DNA of 64,000 nucleotides from the human T2T-CHM13v2.0 reference genome, Homo sapiens. Shown in pieces: positions 12,901 to 26,235 of this stretch. The position numbers were made by a program, and so were the translations under genes. The notes below the pieces were generated by a model. The model saw nothing but the letters and a program-made list of their open reading frames with translations. It searched no databases and was not told the DNA's origin. The stretch spans positions 12,192,001 through 12,256,000 of the forward strand of contig CP068257.2 of the NCBI GenBank assembly GCA_009914755.4, given 5' to 3'. Positions within the stretch are counted from its first letter, which is position 1. Each line of letters begins with the position of its first letter.

Positions 12901-13496
12901 CATTTTCTCGGTCACACATAAGGGCACAGGCTGTTTGATACAGACAGGACACCCCTTGAGCTTTGCTGTCCAGAAGTTCATTCCAACAGATACGCAGTAA
13001 GTCATCACCCACAAGTTCAAAGTTTCACAGATCTCCAGGGCAGTGTCACTGTGCATCCACGTTCTTTGCTACAGCAAAACAAAAGGCACCTTGGCTCCTG
13101 TTTGCAGTAAGTTCCTCATTTTCATCTGAGAGCTTCTCAATCTGATCCTTACCGTCTATTTTCCTATGAGTCTTCTGATCACAAGTATTTAACAACTTTT
13201 TACAAAGATCCAAACTTTCCCTCATCTCCCTGTCTTTGAAGTCCTCCAAACTCTCCAGAACTCCATCTGCTACCCCCTTCTGAACCTGCTTCTACATTTT
13301 CAGCTATCTTTGTCACAGTCTGGCAGTGTGGTAAAGGAAGACAAGCCCATTTTCTTGGGAAAAATTCAAGGGGCTTCAGATACTTGAATGAAAAGAAGCT
13401 GAGTGCTGATTGCCAAGACATTAGGGAGAAGGCCTTGAAGACATTTAATAGATCCACTTTGCAGTAATAATTTTCTCCATAATCATAAAGAAAAGA
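9995..13496. repeat. Monomer m2 (B-type)
   Basis: ORFs 10191-10391(-) and 10909-11121(-) recur at 29530-29730, 30239-30451, 49075-49275 and 49782-49994. Confidence 0.9.
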
Positions 13497-16361
13497 GGTT
13501 TAATAGGTTAATGATTCTGCAGGCTGTAAGGAAGCATAGTGGCTTCTGCACCTGACAGGACTCAGGAAGCTTCCCAATCATACCAGAATGTCAAGGGGCA
13601 AGGAGATGTCTCATATGGGAAGAGTAGGAGCATGACAGAGAAAGGAAACAGGTGTCATGTCCCATTATACAAGCAGATCTCATGAGAACTCACTATCACA
13701 AGGTCAGCATCAAGAAGATGGTGCTTAAACATTGGTGAAGGATCCGCCCCACACACCCAACTCTCACTGTTTCTAGGCAGAAGCCTCCTACAGATGCAGA
13801 GCCTCTTGGAAAACCTCTATTATGGAAGTGCAGAAAGAAAATATGGGTTTGGAGTCCCCACACAGGTGGCCACCAAACTCCAGATCCCGGATTCATAGAC
13901 CCACTAGCAACTCACGCACTTAGTGTGGTAAAGCTACAGGCCCTCAATACCAGCCCACCCCACGAGAACAGCTGAGGGGCTAAAACCTGCAAAGCCACAG
14001 GTGCACTGCCCTAGTAGAGGTTTTCCACGAGGCTTTGCCTCTGCAGCAGGCTACTCCCCCTTCCTACTACCCCCCACCCTCCCACCACCCTACTGCCAAC
14101 CCACTCCTCCCAATCCTACCCATCCCTTTTACCTTCCACCGCCACCAACTTCCTGTCCATAATTAAGTCACTTGCTTCAACATTAGGGATTACAATTCCA
14201 CATGAGTTTCATAGGGACACACAGGAAAACCATATAATTCTGACCCTGATATTCCAGAATCTCATGTCCTTATCACAGAGCAAAATACCATCATGACCTC
14301 TCAAAAGTTTGCAAAAGTCTTAACTCATTCCAAATGTAAAAAATTCAGTCTCATCTGAGACAAGGCCACAGTCCCTTCTGTCTATGAGTCCCTGAATTTA
14401 AAACGGAGTTCTTTTCTTTCAAGGTACAATGATGGTAGAGACATTGTGTAAGCTTTCTCAGTCCAAAGGGAAGAAATTTCCCAGAAAAATAACACAAATG
14501 GGCCTACAGGCCCAATGCAAGTCCAAAACCCAGCGGGACAGTATTCACTCAGTCTCTCAGCTCCAAAATCATCAAGAGAACTCACTATCATGTGAACAGC
14601 ATTAAGGAGAGCGTGTTTATCCATTTGTGAAACATCCGCCCCCCACCCTCATCTTTCACTCCCACCCACAAAAAAATCTCTTCTATTCTCCCCACTCCCT
14701 TACCTCCAACCCCCATGCTTCTCCATGATTAAATCCCCTCCCACCAGGCCCCATTTTTAACATTCCCCATTATAATTCCACATGATTTTGGTAGGGATGC
14801 AGAGTCAAATCATATTATTCTGACCCTGGCCCCCGTATCTCATGTTCTTCTCACACTGCAAAATACCATGATGCCTTCTCTACAGTTTCCCAATCTCTTA
14901 ACTCATTCCAGCATTTACTGAAATGTCCAAAGCCCAAAGTCTCTTCTGAGACAAGGCTGGGGTCTCTTCTGCCCCTGAGCCTCTGAAATACAAAGTAAGT
15001 TAACTACTACCAAAGTACAGTGATTGTACACACATTGGGTAAGTATTCCCAGCCAAAAGGAAGAAATTAGCCAGAAAGAAGAACAAAACACAGATGGGAC
15101 TTACAAACCCCATAGGAGTCAAAAATCCAACAGCCAGTCATTGAATCCTACAGTTCCAAACCATTTTTTTTGAATCCAGATCCCACATTCAGAGCACAAG
15201 GGTATGAGGCCTGGGCTCCCAAGGCCTTGGGCAGCTCTGCACCTGTGAAGTTGCAGGGTCTAACCTCCACAGTTGTCCTCATGGGCTGGGCTGATGTTGA
15301 ATACCTATAGGTTTTCCACAATGAGGGTGCAAGCTGCTAGTAAGTCTATGAATCTGGTGTTTGCAGAATGGTGCCTCCCTGTATTGGGGTTCCAACCCTA
15401 TATTTTCCTTCTGTACTGCCCTAGTAAAGGAGGCTCTGCCTCTTGGAAAAATTTCGACCTGGACACCCAACTTTTTCCATACATACTCTGGAGTCCAGAC
15501 AAAGGATCCCCAGCCTCCAGTTTTGTGCTCTGAGCACCTGCTGGCTTAACACTATGTGGAAGCCACCAAGGCTTGCAGTTTGCACCCTCGGAAGCAGTGA
15601 CCCAGGCTGTACCTGTGCATCTTTCAACCATGGCTGGAGCTGGAGCTTCAGGAATCCAGCCAGCAGTGTCCTGAGGATGGACATAGCAGCGGGGTCATGG
15701 GGCTGGAGAAGGAAACCATTCTTTTCTCCCAGGCCTCAGGGCCTGTGATAGCAAGGGCTGCTGAAAAAGTCTCTGAAATGCCTTCAAGGCCTTTTTAACA
15801 TTGTATTGGCTATTAGCACTGAACTCCATTTTATAAACATTTCTGAAGCCTTCTTGAACTTTCCCACTGATAATAAGCTTTTCTTTTTGACCACTTGGCC
15901 AGGCTGCAAATTTTCACAACTTTTAATCTCTCCTTGTCATTTAAATATGTTTCACCTTGAGGTCATTTCTTTGGTCACATATTTTCATGTGAGACCTTCT
16001 AAGCCTGGTGGTCACTGTCCATCCTTATGTCACCTTCTTAATTATAACTATTTAACAAGTCTCTACACTGATCCAAACTTTTCCTCATCTTCCTGTCTTC
16101 TTCCAAGACCTCTAAACTCTCCAACCTCTGGCCATTACACACTTCTTAACCTGCTTCTACATTTTCAGCTACATGTGTCACAGCCTGGCAATGTGGTAAA
16201 AGAAGAAAAGTCCATTTCAGGAGAAAAATTAATGCAGGCTTTAGACGTTTGCCTGAAAAGAAGCTGAGTGCTGATTGCCATGACAATAGGGAAAAGGTCT
16301 TGAAGGCATTTCATAGCTCCACTTTACAGCATTAATTTTCTGTATAATCAGAAAGAAAAGA
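13497..16361. repeat. Monomer m3 (C-type; ~190 bp shorter than its copy-2 counterpart)
   Basis: ORFs 13696-13896(-) and 14382-14624(-) recur at 33036-33221 and 33707-33949. It shows an internal deletion near 15981 relative to 35291-35485. Confidence 0.9.
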
Positions 16362-19300
16362 GGTTGAACTGGCTCATGGTTCTGCAAGCTTTAAATAAAT
16401 CATAGAGGCTTCTGCTTCTGGGAGGACTCAGGAAGCCTCCCAATCATACCAGAAGACCAAGCAACAATGGGAAGTTTTATATGGCAGAAGTAGAAACAAG
16501 ACAGAGAGGAAAAAGGTGGCACACGTTGTATAAACCTGTTATACAACCAGATTTCCTGAGAACTCACTATCACAAGGTCAGCATCAAGAAGATGTTGCTT
16601 AACCATTGGTGAAAGATCTGCCCCCTACCACCCCCACCCCCCACTGTTTCCAGGCAGAAGCCTGAGGCACAGGCAGAGCCTCTTGGAAAACCTCTACTAG
16701 GGCAGTGCAGAAAAAATATATGGGCTTGGAGGCCCCACGCAACCATCCACCAGACCACAGATTCATAGACCCAACAATAGCTTGCATTCTCAGTATGGAA
16801 AAGCCACAGGCACTCAACACCAGCCCAGCCGACGAAGGCAGCCATGGGGGCTAATGCCTGCAAAGCCACAGGTGCACTGCCCTGGTAGAGCTTTTCCATG
16901 AGGCTCTGCCTCTGCAGCAGGCTACTCCCTCTTCCTACTGCCCACCACACTCTCACCACCCTACTGCCAGCCTACTCCTCCCCACCCTACCCACTTGTTT
17001 TCCCTTCCACCCCTACCAACCTCCCATTTGTGATTAAATCACTTCCCACCAGGCCCCACCTGCAACAGTCAGGAATACAATTCACCAAGAGTTTTTGTAG
17101 GGAAACACAGTCAAACCATATTATTCTGACCCTGAAACCCCCACATCTCATGTCCTTCTCACACAGAAAAATACAAACATGCCTTTTCAAAAGTTTCCAA
17201 AAGTCTTAACTCATTCCAGCAGTAACTCAAATGTAGTAAGTTCAAGTCTCATCCAAGACAAGGCTGCAATCTCTTCTGCCTATGAGTCCCTGAATGTAAA
17301 AGACAATTCTTTTCTTTCAAGTTACAGTGATGGCACAGGCACTGGGTAAGCTTTCTCAATCCAAAGGGAAGATTTTCCCTGAAAAATAACACAACTGGGA
17401 CACAGGCCCAATCCGAGTCCAAAACCCAGCAGGACAGCATTCATTTATCATGAGAACTCACTATCGCACAGACTGCATTAAGGTGATAGTATTTAACCAT
17501 TTGTGAAGGATCTGCCACCCATCCCCATGTTTCACCCTCACCCACACCATGAACCCCCATTCTCCCACATCCACCTTCCAACCCCCATTCTCTACCATGA
17601 TTAAATCACCTTCTACCAAGCCCCACATTTGACATTCCCCATTACAATTCCACATGAGTTTTGGAAGGGACACAGAGCCAAATCATATTATTCTCCCCTT
17701 GGTCCCCAACCTCATGACCTTCTTATACTGCAAAATATAATGATGTGTTCTCTAAGGTCCCCCAATGTCTGAACTCATTCCAGCATTTACTCAAATGTCC
17801 ATTTGTGAAGGATCCACCCCCCACCCCTCCCTTTCAGCCACAAATGCACCACAATCCGCCAACACTCCCCACCCACCTATAGCCCCAACCCTCCACACCA
17901 CCCCCAGCATCCACCCTCCATGCTCCACCATGATTAAATCACCTTCCACCAGCCCCCACCTTTAACATTTCCCATTAAAATTCCACATGAGTTTTGGTAG
18001 AGACACAGAGCCAAAACATATTATTCTGCCCCTGGTCCCCCAAATCTCATGTCTTTTTCATATTGCAAAATGCAATGATGCCTTCCCTAGAGTCCCCTAA
18101 ATCTCAACTCATTCCAGCCTTTACTCAAATATCCAAAGCCCAAAGTCTCTTCTGAGACAAGGCTGCAGTCTCTTCTGCCCTGAGACTCTGAAATACACAG
18201 CAAATTAACTACTTCCAAGGTACAATGACTGTACTGGCATTGGTTAAGCATTCCCAGGCAAAAAGAAGAAATTTGCCAGAAAGAAGCATAAAACACAGAT
18301 GGGACTTACAAACTCCCTGCAAGTCAAAAGCCCAGCAGACCAGTCATCCATCATACACCACCAAATCACCTTTTTGGAATCTATGTCCACATCCAGAGCA
18401 CAGGGTGATGTGACAGCTGGGATCCCAAGGCCTTGGGCAGCTCTGCACCTGTGGCATTGCAGAATCTTTCCCCTACAGTTGCCCTCATTGACTAGGCTGG
18501 TGTTGAGTGCCTGTAGCTTTTCAACACTAAGGGTGCAAGCATCTGGTGCGTCTATGAAACTGGGGCCTGGAAAATGGTGCCTCCCTGTATGGGGACTCCA
18601 ACCCTATACTCTCCTTGTGTACTGCCTGAGTAGAAGTTTACGATGAGGCTCTGCCTCTTGGAAAAGCTTCTGGCTGGACAATCAGGCTTTCTGATACATC
18701 CTCTGAAGTCTAGATGAAGGCTCAGAAGCTTCTAGTCCTTGCTTTATGCAACTGCTGGCTTAACACCTTGTGGAAGCCACCAAGTCTTCGAGCTTGCATC
18801 CTCTGAAGCAGTGACACAAGCTGTACCTGTGCATCTTTCATCCATGGCTGGAGCTGGAGATGGAGCTGCAGGGATGCAGGCAGCAGTGTCCTGAGGCTGC
18901 ACACAGCAGTGGAGCCATGGGGCTGGTGCAGGAAACCATTCTTTTCTCCTGGGCCCCGGGGCCAGTGACAGCAAGGGCTGCTACAAAGGTCTCTGAAATG
19001 CCTTCAAGACCTTTTTCCCATTGTCTTGAATTATTAGCACTGGGATCCTTTTTATGCAAATATCTGAAGCCTTCTTCACTTTCCCCCAGAAAATCAGCTT
19101 TTCTTTTTGACCACTTGTGCAGATTACAAATTTTGCGTATGTTTAAACTCTCCTTCTCATTTAAATATAAGTTCCAACTTATAGTCATTTCTTTGATCAC
19201 ACATAGGTGCGCAGGCTGTTCAATGTAGGCAGGACAACTCTTGAGCATTGTTGCTTAGAAGTTCATTCTACCAGATACACTCTAAATCATCACCCTCAAG

Positions 19301-19780
19301 TTCAGTTTCACAGATCTCCTGGAAAGGATCAATGTGTAGTCAATTACTTTGCTAAGGCAAAACAAAAAAACCTTGGCTCCTCTTCCCAGTGAGTACTTCA
19401 TTTTCACCTGAGATCTTGTAAGCCTGACATTCACTGTCCATCCTTATGTTAGCCTTTTAATCACAACTATTGAACAAGTCTCTGCAATGGTCCAAACTTT
19501 CCCTCATCTTCCTGTTTTCTTCCAAGATCTCCGAACTCTCTAACCTCTGGCCATTACCTAATTCAGAACCTGCTTCTACACTATCAGGTATCATTTTCGC
19601 AGCCTGGCAATGTGGTAACAGAAGAAAAGTCTATTATCAGGGGGAAACATCAAGATGGTATCCAATATTTGCATTGAAAAAAGCTCAGTGCTAATAACCA
19701 AGAGATTGGGGGAAGGCCTAGAAGTCATTTCATAGCTTCACTTCGCAGCATTAATTGTCTGTATGTACATAAAGAAAAGA
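16362..19780. repeat. Monomer m4 (D-type; carries an extra LTR-end sub-repeat)
   Basis: The landmark 'atgattaaatcacc' occurs three times in this monomer, at about 17030, 17590 and 17930. ORFs recur at 36299-38814. Confidence 0.9.
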
Positions 19781-22700
19781 GGTTTAGTTGACTCACAGTT
19801 CTTCAGGCTATAAAGAAAGCATAGTGGATTCTGCTTGTAGGAGGACTCAGGAAGCCTCCCAATCAAACCAGAGGCCAAGCAGCAATGAAATGTTTCATAT
19901 GCCAGAAGTAGAAGCAAGACAGAAAGAGGAAAGAGGTGCGACATCCTCTTATACAACTAGATCTCATGAGAGCTCACTGTCAGGAGATCAGCATCAAGAA
20001 GATGGTGCTTCACTGTTGGTGAAGGAACCGCCCACCACCCCATATCCACCACCCACTGTTTCCAAGTAGAAGCCTGAGACAGAGGCAGATCCTCTTGGAA
20101 AACCTCTACTATGGCTGTTTAGAAGAAAACTATGGGCTTGGAGCCCCCATGTAGGATACCAGCATCCTCCAATCCCCAGATTCATAGAACCATCAACAGC
20201 TCACACCCCCAGTATCGAAAAGCTACAGGCACTCAACACCAGCCCAGCCCATGAGAGCAGCTACAGGTGCTAAACCCTGCAAAGCCCCAGGTGCACTGCC
20301 TTAGTAGAGTTTTTCCATGAGCCTCTGCCTCTGCGGCAGGCTACTCCCATCCTGCTACACACCACCCTACAGCCAGCCTACTCCTCCCCACCTTACCCAC
20401 CTGTTTTGACTTCCAATCCAACCCCTCTCCCATCCATGAATAAATCACCTCCCACCAGGCCTCACCTGCAACATTGGGGATTACAATTACATGTGAGTTT
20501 AGGTAGGGACACACAGCTAAACAATATTATTCTGACCCTGATCCCCCAAATATCATATCCTTCTCACAGAGTAAAATACAATCATGCCTTTTCAAAAGCT
20601 GCCAAAAGTCTTAAGTCATTTCAGCATTAACTCAAATTTAAAAAGTTCAAAGTCTCACCTGAGAAAAGGCTACAGACCCTTTGGCCTATAAGTTCCTGAA
20701 TTTAAAAGGGATTTATTTTCTTTCAAGATACAAAGATGGTACAGGCATTGGGTAAGTTTTGTCAATCCAAAGGGGAGAGGTGTGCCAGGAAAATAACACA
20801 AATGGGATCACAGGGCCAATGCAAGTCCAAAACCCAGGAGGCCAGTATCCATTCAATCTCACTGCTCCAAAACAATCACAAGAACTCATCATCATGAGGA
20901 AAGGATTAAGGAGATGGTGTTTAACCATTTGTGAAGGATCCTACCCCCACCCCCACTTTTCACCCCTCACCCCCACCATAATCCACCCATTCTCCCCAAT
21001 CCCCACCTTCCAATACCCAGTGCCCTCCACGATTAAATCACCTTCCACCTGGCCCCACTTTCAACATTTCTGATTACAATTCCATATGAGTTTCCATAGG
21101 GACACACAGCCAAATCTTATTATTCTGTCCCTGCCCCACAAATCTCATGTCCTTCTCACTTTGCAAAATACAATGATGCCTTACTTACCATTCCCCAAGC
21201 CACTGTGCTTTTTTTTTTACAGCCTGCAGAACCATGAGCCCATTAAACCCCTTTTTGTTATGATCATACAGAAAATTAGTATTGTGAAGTGAAGCTATGA
21301 AATGCCTTCAATGACTTTTCCCCATCATCTCGGCTAAGACCCCCAAGGTCTTAACTCATTCCATCATTTACTCAACTGTCTGAAGCCCAAAGTCTCATCT
21401 AAGACAAAGATGCAGTCCCATCTCCTCCTGAGCCTCTGAAATACAAAGCAAGTTAACTACTTCCAAGGTATGATTGTCCAGACATTGAGTAAGAATTCCC
21501 AACCAAAAGGAAGATTTATGCCAGAGACAAGAACAAAACACAAACGGGACTTATAGGTCCCATGAAAATCCAAAACCCAGCAGGCCAGTTATTCAAACCT
21601 ACAGCTCCAAAGTCATCCTTTTTCAATCCTTGTCCCACATCCAGGGCACAAGTGTATGAGGGCTGGGTTCCCAAGGCCTTGGGCAGCACTCTACCTGTGG
21701 CTTTGCAGTGTTCAGTCCCCACAGCTGCCCTCATGGGCTGTGCTGGTGTTGAGTGCCTGTAGTTTTTACCCACAGAGGGTACAAAGTTCTTGGTGGGTCT
21801 ATGAATCTGGGGTCTGCATGATGCTGGCATCCAGTGTGGGTGCCCCAACCCCATATTTTCCTTCTGCAATGCCCTAGTAGAGGTTTCCCAGGAGTCTCTG
21901 CTTTTTTGGCAGCCTTCTGTCTGGACACCAAGACACTTTCATACATCTTCCGAAATCTGTATGAAGGCTCCAAAGCCTCTGGGCTAGTGCTCTGTGCACT
22001 CGCTAGCTTAAAACTATATGGAAGCCATGAAGCCTTACAGCCTGTACCCTCTGAAGCAGTGATGCAATCTGTACCTGTGCATCTTTCAGCCAAGGTCGGT
22101 GCAGGAGCTGGGGCAGCCGGGTTTCAGGCAGCAGTGTCCTGAGGCTGCACACAGCAGCAGGGTCATGGGGCTGGCCCAGGAAACCATTCTTCTCTAATAG
22201 GCCCCAGGGACTGTGACAGCAAGGGCTGCTGCAAACATCTCTGAAATGCCTCCAAGGCTTTTTCCCCCAGTGTCTTGGCTATTAGCACTGGCCTCCATTT
22301 TATGCAAGTTTCTGGAGCCTTCATGAATTTTCCCCCTGAAAATCAGCTTTTCTTTTTAACCACTTGGCCAGGCTGCGGATATTCCAAACTTTTGAGCTCT
22401 GCTTGTCATTTAAATATAAGTTCCAACTTGAGGTCATTTCCTCGGTCACACATAACCTCGGTCACACATGAAAGCACAGGCTGTTTGATGCAGACATGCC
22501 CCCACCCTTGTGCTATGCTGCCTAGAAGTTCTTTCCACCAGATATGCACTAAATCTTCACCCTAGAGTTCAAAATTTCACAGATCTTGAGGGCAAGGTCG
22601 CCCTGCAGCCATGTTCTTTGCTACAGCAAAACAAAAGCTAACCTTGGCTCCCGTTCCCAGTAAGATCCTCATTTTCATCTGAGACCTTGTAAGCCTGGCC

Positions 22701-23052
22701 TTCACTGTCCATCCTTCTGCCAGCCTTTTAATCACAACTATTTAACAAGTGCCTACAATGGTCCAAATTTCCCTTCATCTCCCTGCCTTCTTTCAAGATC
22801 TCCAAACTCTCCAACCTCTGGCTGTTACCCACTTCTGAACCTGCTTTACATTTTCAGCTATCTTTGTTGCAGCCTGGCAATGCAGAAGAAAAAGAAGTCC
22901 ATTTTCAGGGGGAAAACTTCAGGAAGCCTTCAGATATTTGCATTAAAAAGAAGTCCAGTGCTAATAGCCAAGAAGATGGGGAAATGTCATTGAAGATATT
23001 TCATAGCTCCACTTCGCAGTACTTTATTTTCTGCATGATCATAACGAAAAGG
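19781..23052. repeat. Monomer m5 (E-type)
   Basis: ORFs 19994-20185(-), 20406-20630(+) and 21086-21292(+) recur at 39561-39752, 40003-40197 and 40652-40855. Confidence 0.9.
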
Positions 23053-26000
23053 GGTTTAATTGGCTCATGGTTCTGCAGGCTGTAAAGAAAGCATAGTGAC
23101 TTCTGCTTCTGGGAGGACTCAGGAAGCCTCCCAATCATACCAGTAGGAAAACAGCAATGAAATGTTTCATACAGCAGGAGTAGGAGCAAGGCTGAGAGAG
23201 GAAAGTGGTGCCACACCGTCCTATAACCAGATCTCATGAGAACTCACTATCACTAGGTCAGCATCAAGAAGATGGTGCTTAAACATTGGTGAAGGATCCG
23301 CCCCCCAACACAGCTCCACCCCCTACCGTTCCAGACAGAAGCCTGCTGCAGAGGCAGAGGCTCTTGGAAATCCTGTACTGTGGCAGTGCAGAAGGAAAAT
23401 AAGGGCTTTGAGTGACTATGCAGGAGGCCACCAGCCTCTAGACCCCAGATTCATAGACCTACCAACAGTTCACACCCTCAGTATGGAAAAGTGATAGGCA
23501 CTCAACACCAGCCAAGCCTATGAGAGCAGCCTTGTGGGCTAAAGCCTGCAAAGCCACAGGCGCACTGCCCTGGTAGAGGTTTTCCAAGAGCCGCTGTCTC
23601 TGCAGCAGGCTACACCCCCTTCCTACTACCCACCACCCTCCCACCACCCTACAGCCAGCCTACTCTTCCCCACCCTACCCACCCCTTTTTTCTTCCACCC
23701 CTACCCCTCCCATCCATGATTAAATAATCTCCCACCAGACCCCAACTCCAACATTTGGGATTACAATTCCACATGAGTTTTTCCAGGGGCACACAGCCAA
23801 ATCATATTATGCTGACCTTGACCCCACCAAATCTCATATCCTTCTCACAGAATAAAATAAAATCGTGTCTTTTCAAAGTTTCCAAAAGCCTTAACTCATT
23901 CCCACATTAACTCAAATGTAAAAAGTTCAAAGTCTCATCTGAGACAAGGCTACAATCTCTTCTGCCTATGAGTCCCTGAAGTTAAAAGGGTGTTCGTTTC
24001 TTTCAAGGTACAATGATGGTACAGATATTGGGTAACTTTTCTCAATCCAAAGGGAAGAAATTTCCAAGAACAATAACACAAATGGGACCCAGGCCCAATG
24101 GAAATCCAAAATCCCACAGGTCAGTGTTCAGTCAATCTCACAGCTCCAAAATCATGAAGAGAACTCAATATCAGAAGGACAGCATTAAGGAGATGGTGTT
24201 TAACCATTTGTGAAGGATGCACCCCCACCCCTGCCTTACACCCCCAACCCCACCACAATCCCCTCCAACCCTCCTCACCACCCAATCCCCCCCATCCCTC
24301 CCCAACCCTGAAACATCCAACCTCCTCTCTCCATCATGATTAAATCACCTTCCACCAGCCCCCACCTTTAACATTTCCCATTAACATTCCACGTTAGCTT
24401 TGGTAGAGACAGAGAGCCAAAACATATTATTCTGTCCCTGGTCCCCCAGAGTTCATGTTTTTCTCACATTGCAAAATGTAATGATGCCTTCCTTAGAGTC
24501 TCTCAAATCTTAACCCATTCCAGCATTTACTCAAATGCCCAAAGCCGAGAGTCTTATTTGAGACAAGTCTACAGACCCTTCTGCCCATGAGCCACTGAAT
24601 TATATATAAAGCAAGTTTACTACTTCCAAGGTGCAATGATTGTACAGGCTTTGGGTAAGCATTCCCAGCCAAAAGGAAAAAAATTGCCAGAAAGAAGCAC
24701 AAAACACAGATGGGACTTACAGACCCCATGCAAGTCAAAAACCCAGCAAGCCAGTCATTGAATCCTACAGCTCCCAAATCATCTTTTCTGAATCTATACC
24801 TCACATCTGGAGCACAGGGGTGGATGGCTGGGCTCCCAAGGCCTTGGGCAGCTCAGCATCTGTGGCTGTGCAGTGTCTATCCCCGACAGGTGCCCTTATG
24901 GGCTGGGCTGGCGTTGAGTACCTGTGGCTTTTCCACACTGAGGGTGCGAGCAGTTGACGGGTCTATGAATCTGGGGTCTGGAAAGTGGTGCATTCCTGTG
25001 TGGGGGCTGCAACCCTATATGTTCCTTCTGTACTGCCCTAGTAAATGTTTCCCATGAGGCTCTGCCTCTTGGAAAAGCTTCTGCCTCAACACCCAGGTTT
25101 TTCTGTATATACTCTGGAGTCTAGACAAAGGCTCCCAAGCCTCTAGTTCTGTGCTCTGTGCACCTGCTGGCTTAGTACTATGTGGAAGCCACCAAGGTTT
25201 GAAGCTTGCACCCCTGAAGCAGTGATGCAAGCTGTACCTGTGCATCTTTCAGCCGTGACTGGAGCTGTAGCTGTAGCTGTAGCTGCAGGGATGCAGACAG
25301 CAGTGTCCTGAGGACGGACACAGTAGCGCGACCATGGGACTCAATCAGGAAAGCATTCTTCGGTCCTAGACCTCAGGGCCTGTGACAGCAAGCTCTGCTG
25401 CAAAGGTCTCTGAAATGGCTTCAAGGCCTTTTAACCTTGTCTTAGCTATTAGCACTGGGCTCCATTTTATGCAAATTTCTGAAGGCTTCTTGAATTTTCC
25501 CACTGAAAATCAGCTTTGCTTTTTGACCACTTGGCCAGGCTGCAAATTTTCCAAACTTTTAAGCCCTGCTTCTCATTTAAATATAAGTTTCAATTTGAGG
25601 TCATTTATTCAGTCACAGAGAAGACCACAGGCTGTTCAAAACAGACAAGACACCTCTTGAGCTTTGCTGCCTACTTCATTTCACCAGATATACCCTAAAT
25701 CATCACACTCAAGTTCAAAGTTTCAGAGGTCTCCAGGGCAGGGACACCATCCTGCCAAGTTCTTTGCTAAGGGAAAACAAAAGTAACCTTGACTCCTGTT
25801 CCCAGTAAGTTGCTCATTTTCATCTGAGACCTTCTAAGCCTGGTCTTCACTGTCCATCCTTCAGTCACTATTTTAATTATAGCTATGTAACAAGTCTCCA
25901 TGGTCACCCTTTTAATTTAACACATCTCTACAATAGTCCAAATTTTCCCTCATCTTTCTTTCTTCTTCCAAGCCCCCCAAACTGTGCAGCGTCCGGTGGT

Positions 26001-26235
26001 TACCCACTTCTGAACCTGCTTCTACGTTTTCAGCCACCGTTGTGGCAGCCTAGCAATGTGGTGAAAGGAGAAAAGTCCATTTTCAGGGGGAAAATTCAAG
26101 AAGGCTTCAGATATTACCATATAAAAGTGGGCAAATGTTAATAGTAAAAAAAAAAAAAAAATGGGGAAAAAACCTTGAGGGCATTTCATGGCTCCACTCT
26201 ACAGTACAAATTTTCTGTAATATTATTTTTAAAAG
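23053..26235. repeat. Monomer m6 (F-type), last monomer of HOR copy 1
   Basis: ORFs 23001-23237(-) and 24493-24804(-) recur at 42560-42796 and 52320-52556. Confidence 0.9.
26146..26161. repeat. Poly(A)16 tract inside the F/A-type monomer tail (A12 at the equivalent site 6797-6808)
   Basis: 'atagtaaaaaaaaaaaaaaaatgggg'. Confidence 0.9.

Larger units (their letters stand above)
6883..26235. repeat. Higher-order repeat copy 1 (monomers A-F, ~19.35 kb)
   Basis: The six monomer types occur in the same order as in 26236-45788. ORF-level matches sit at a constant +19.34-19.38 kb offset. Confidence 0.9.
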
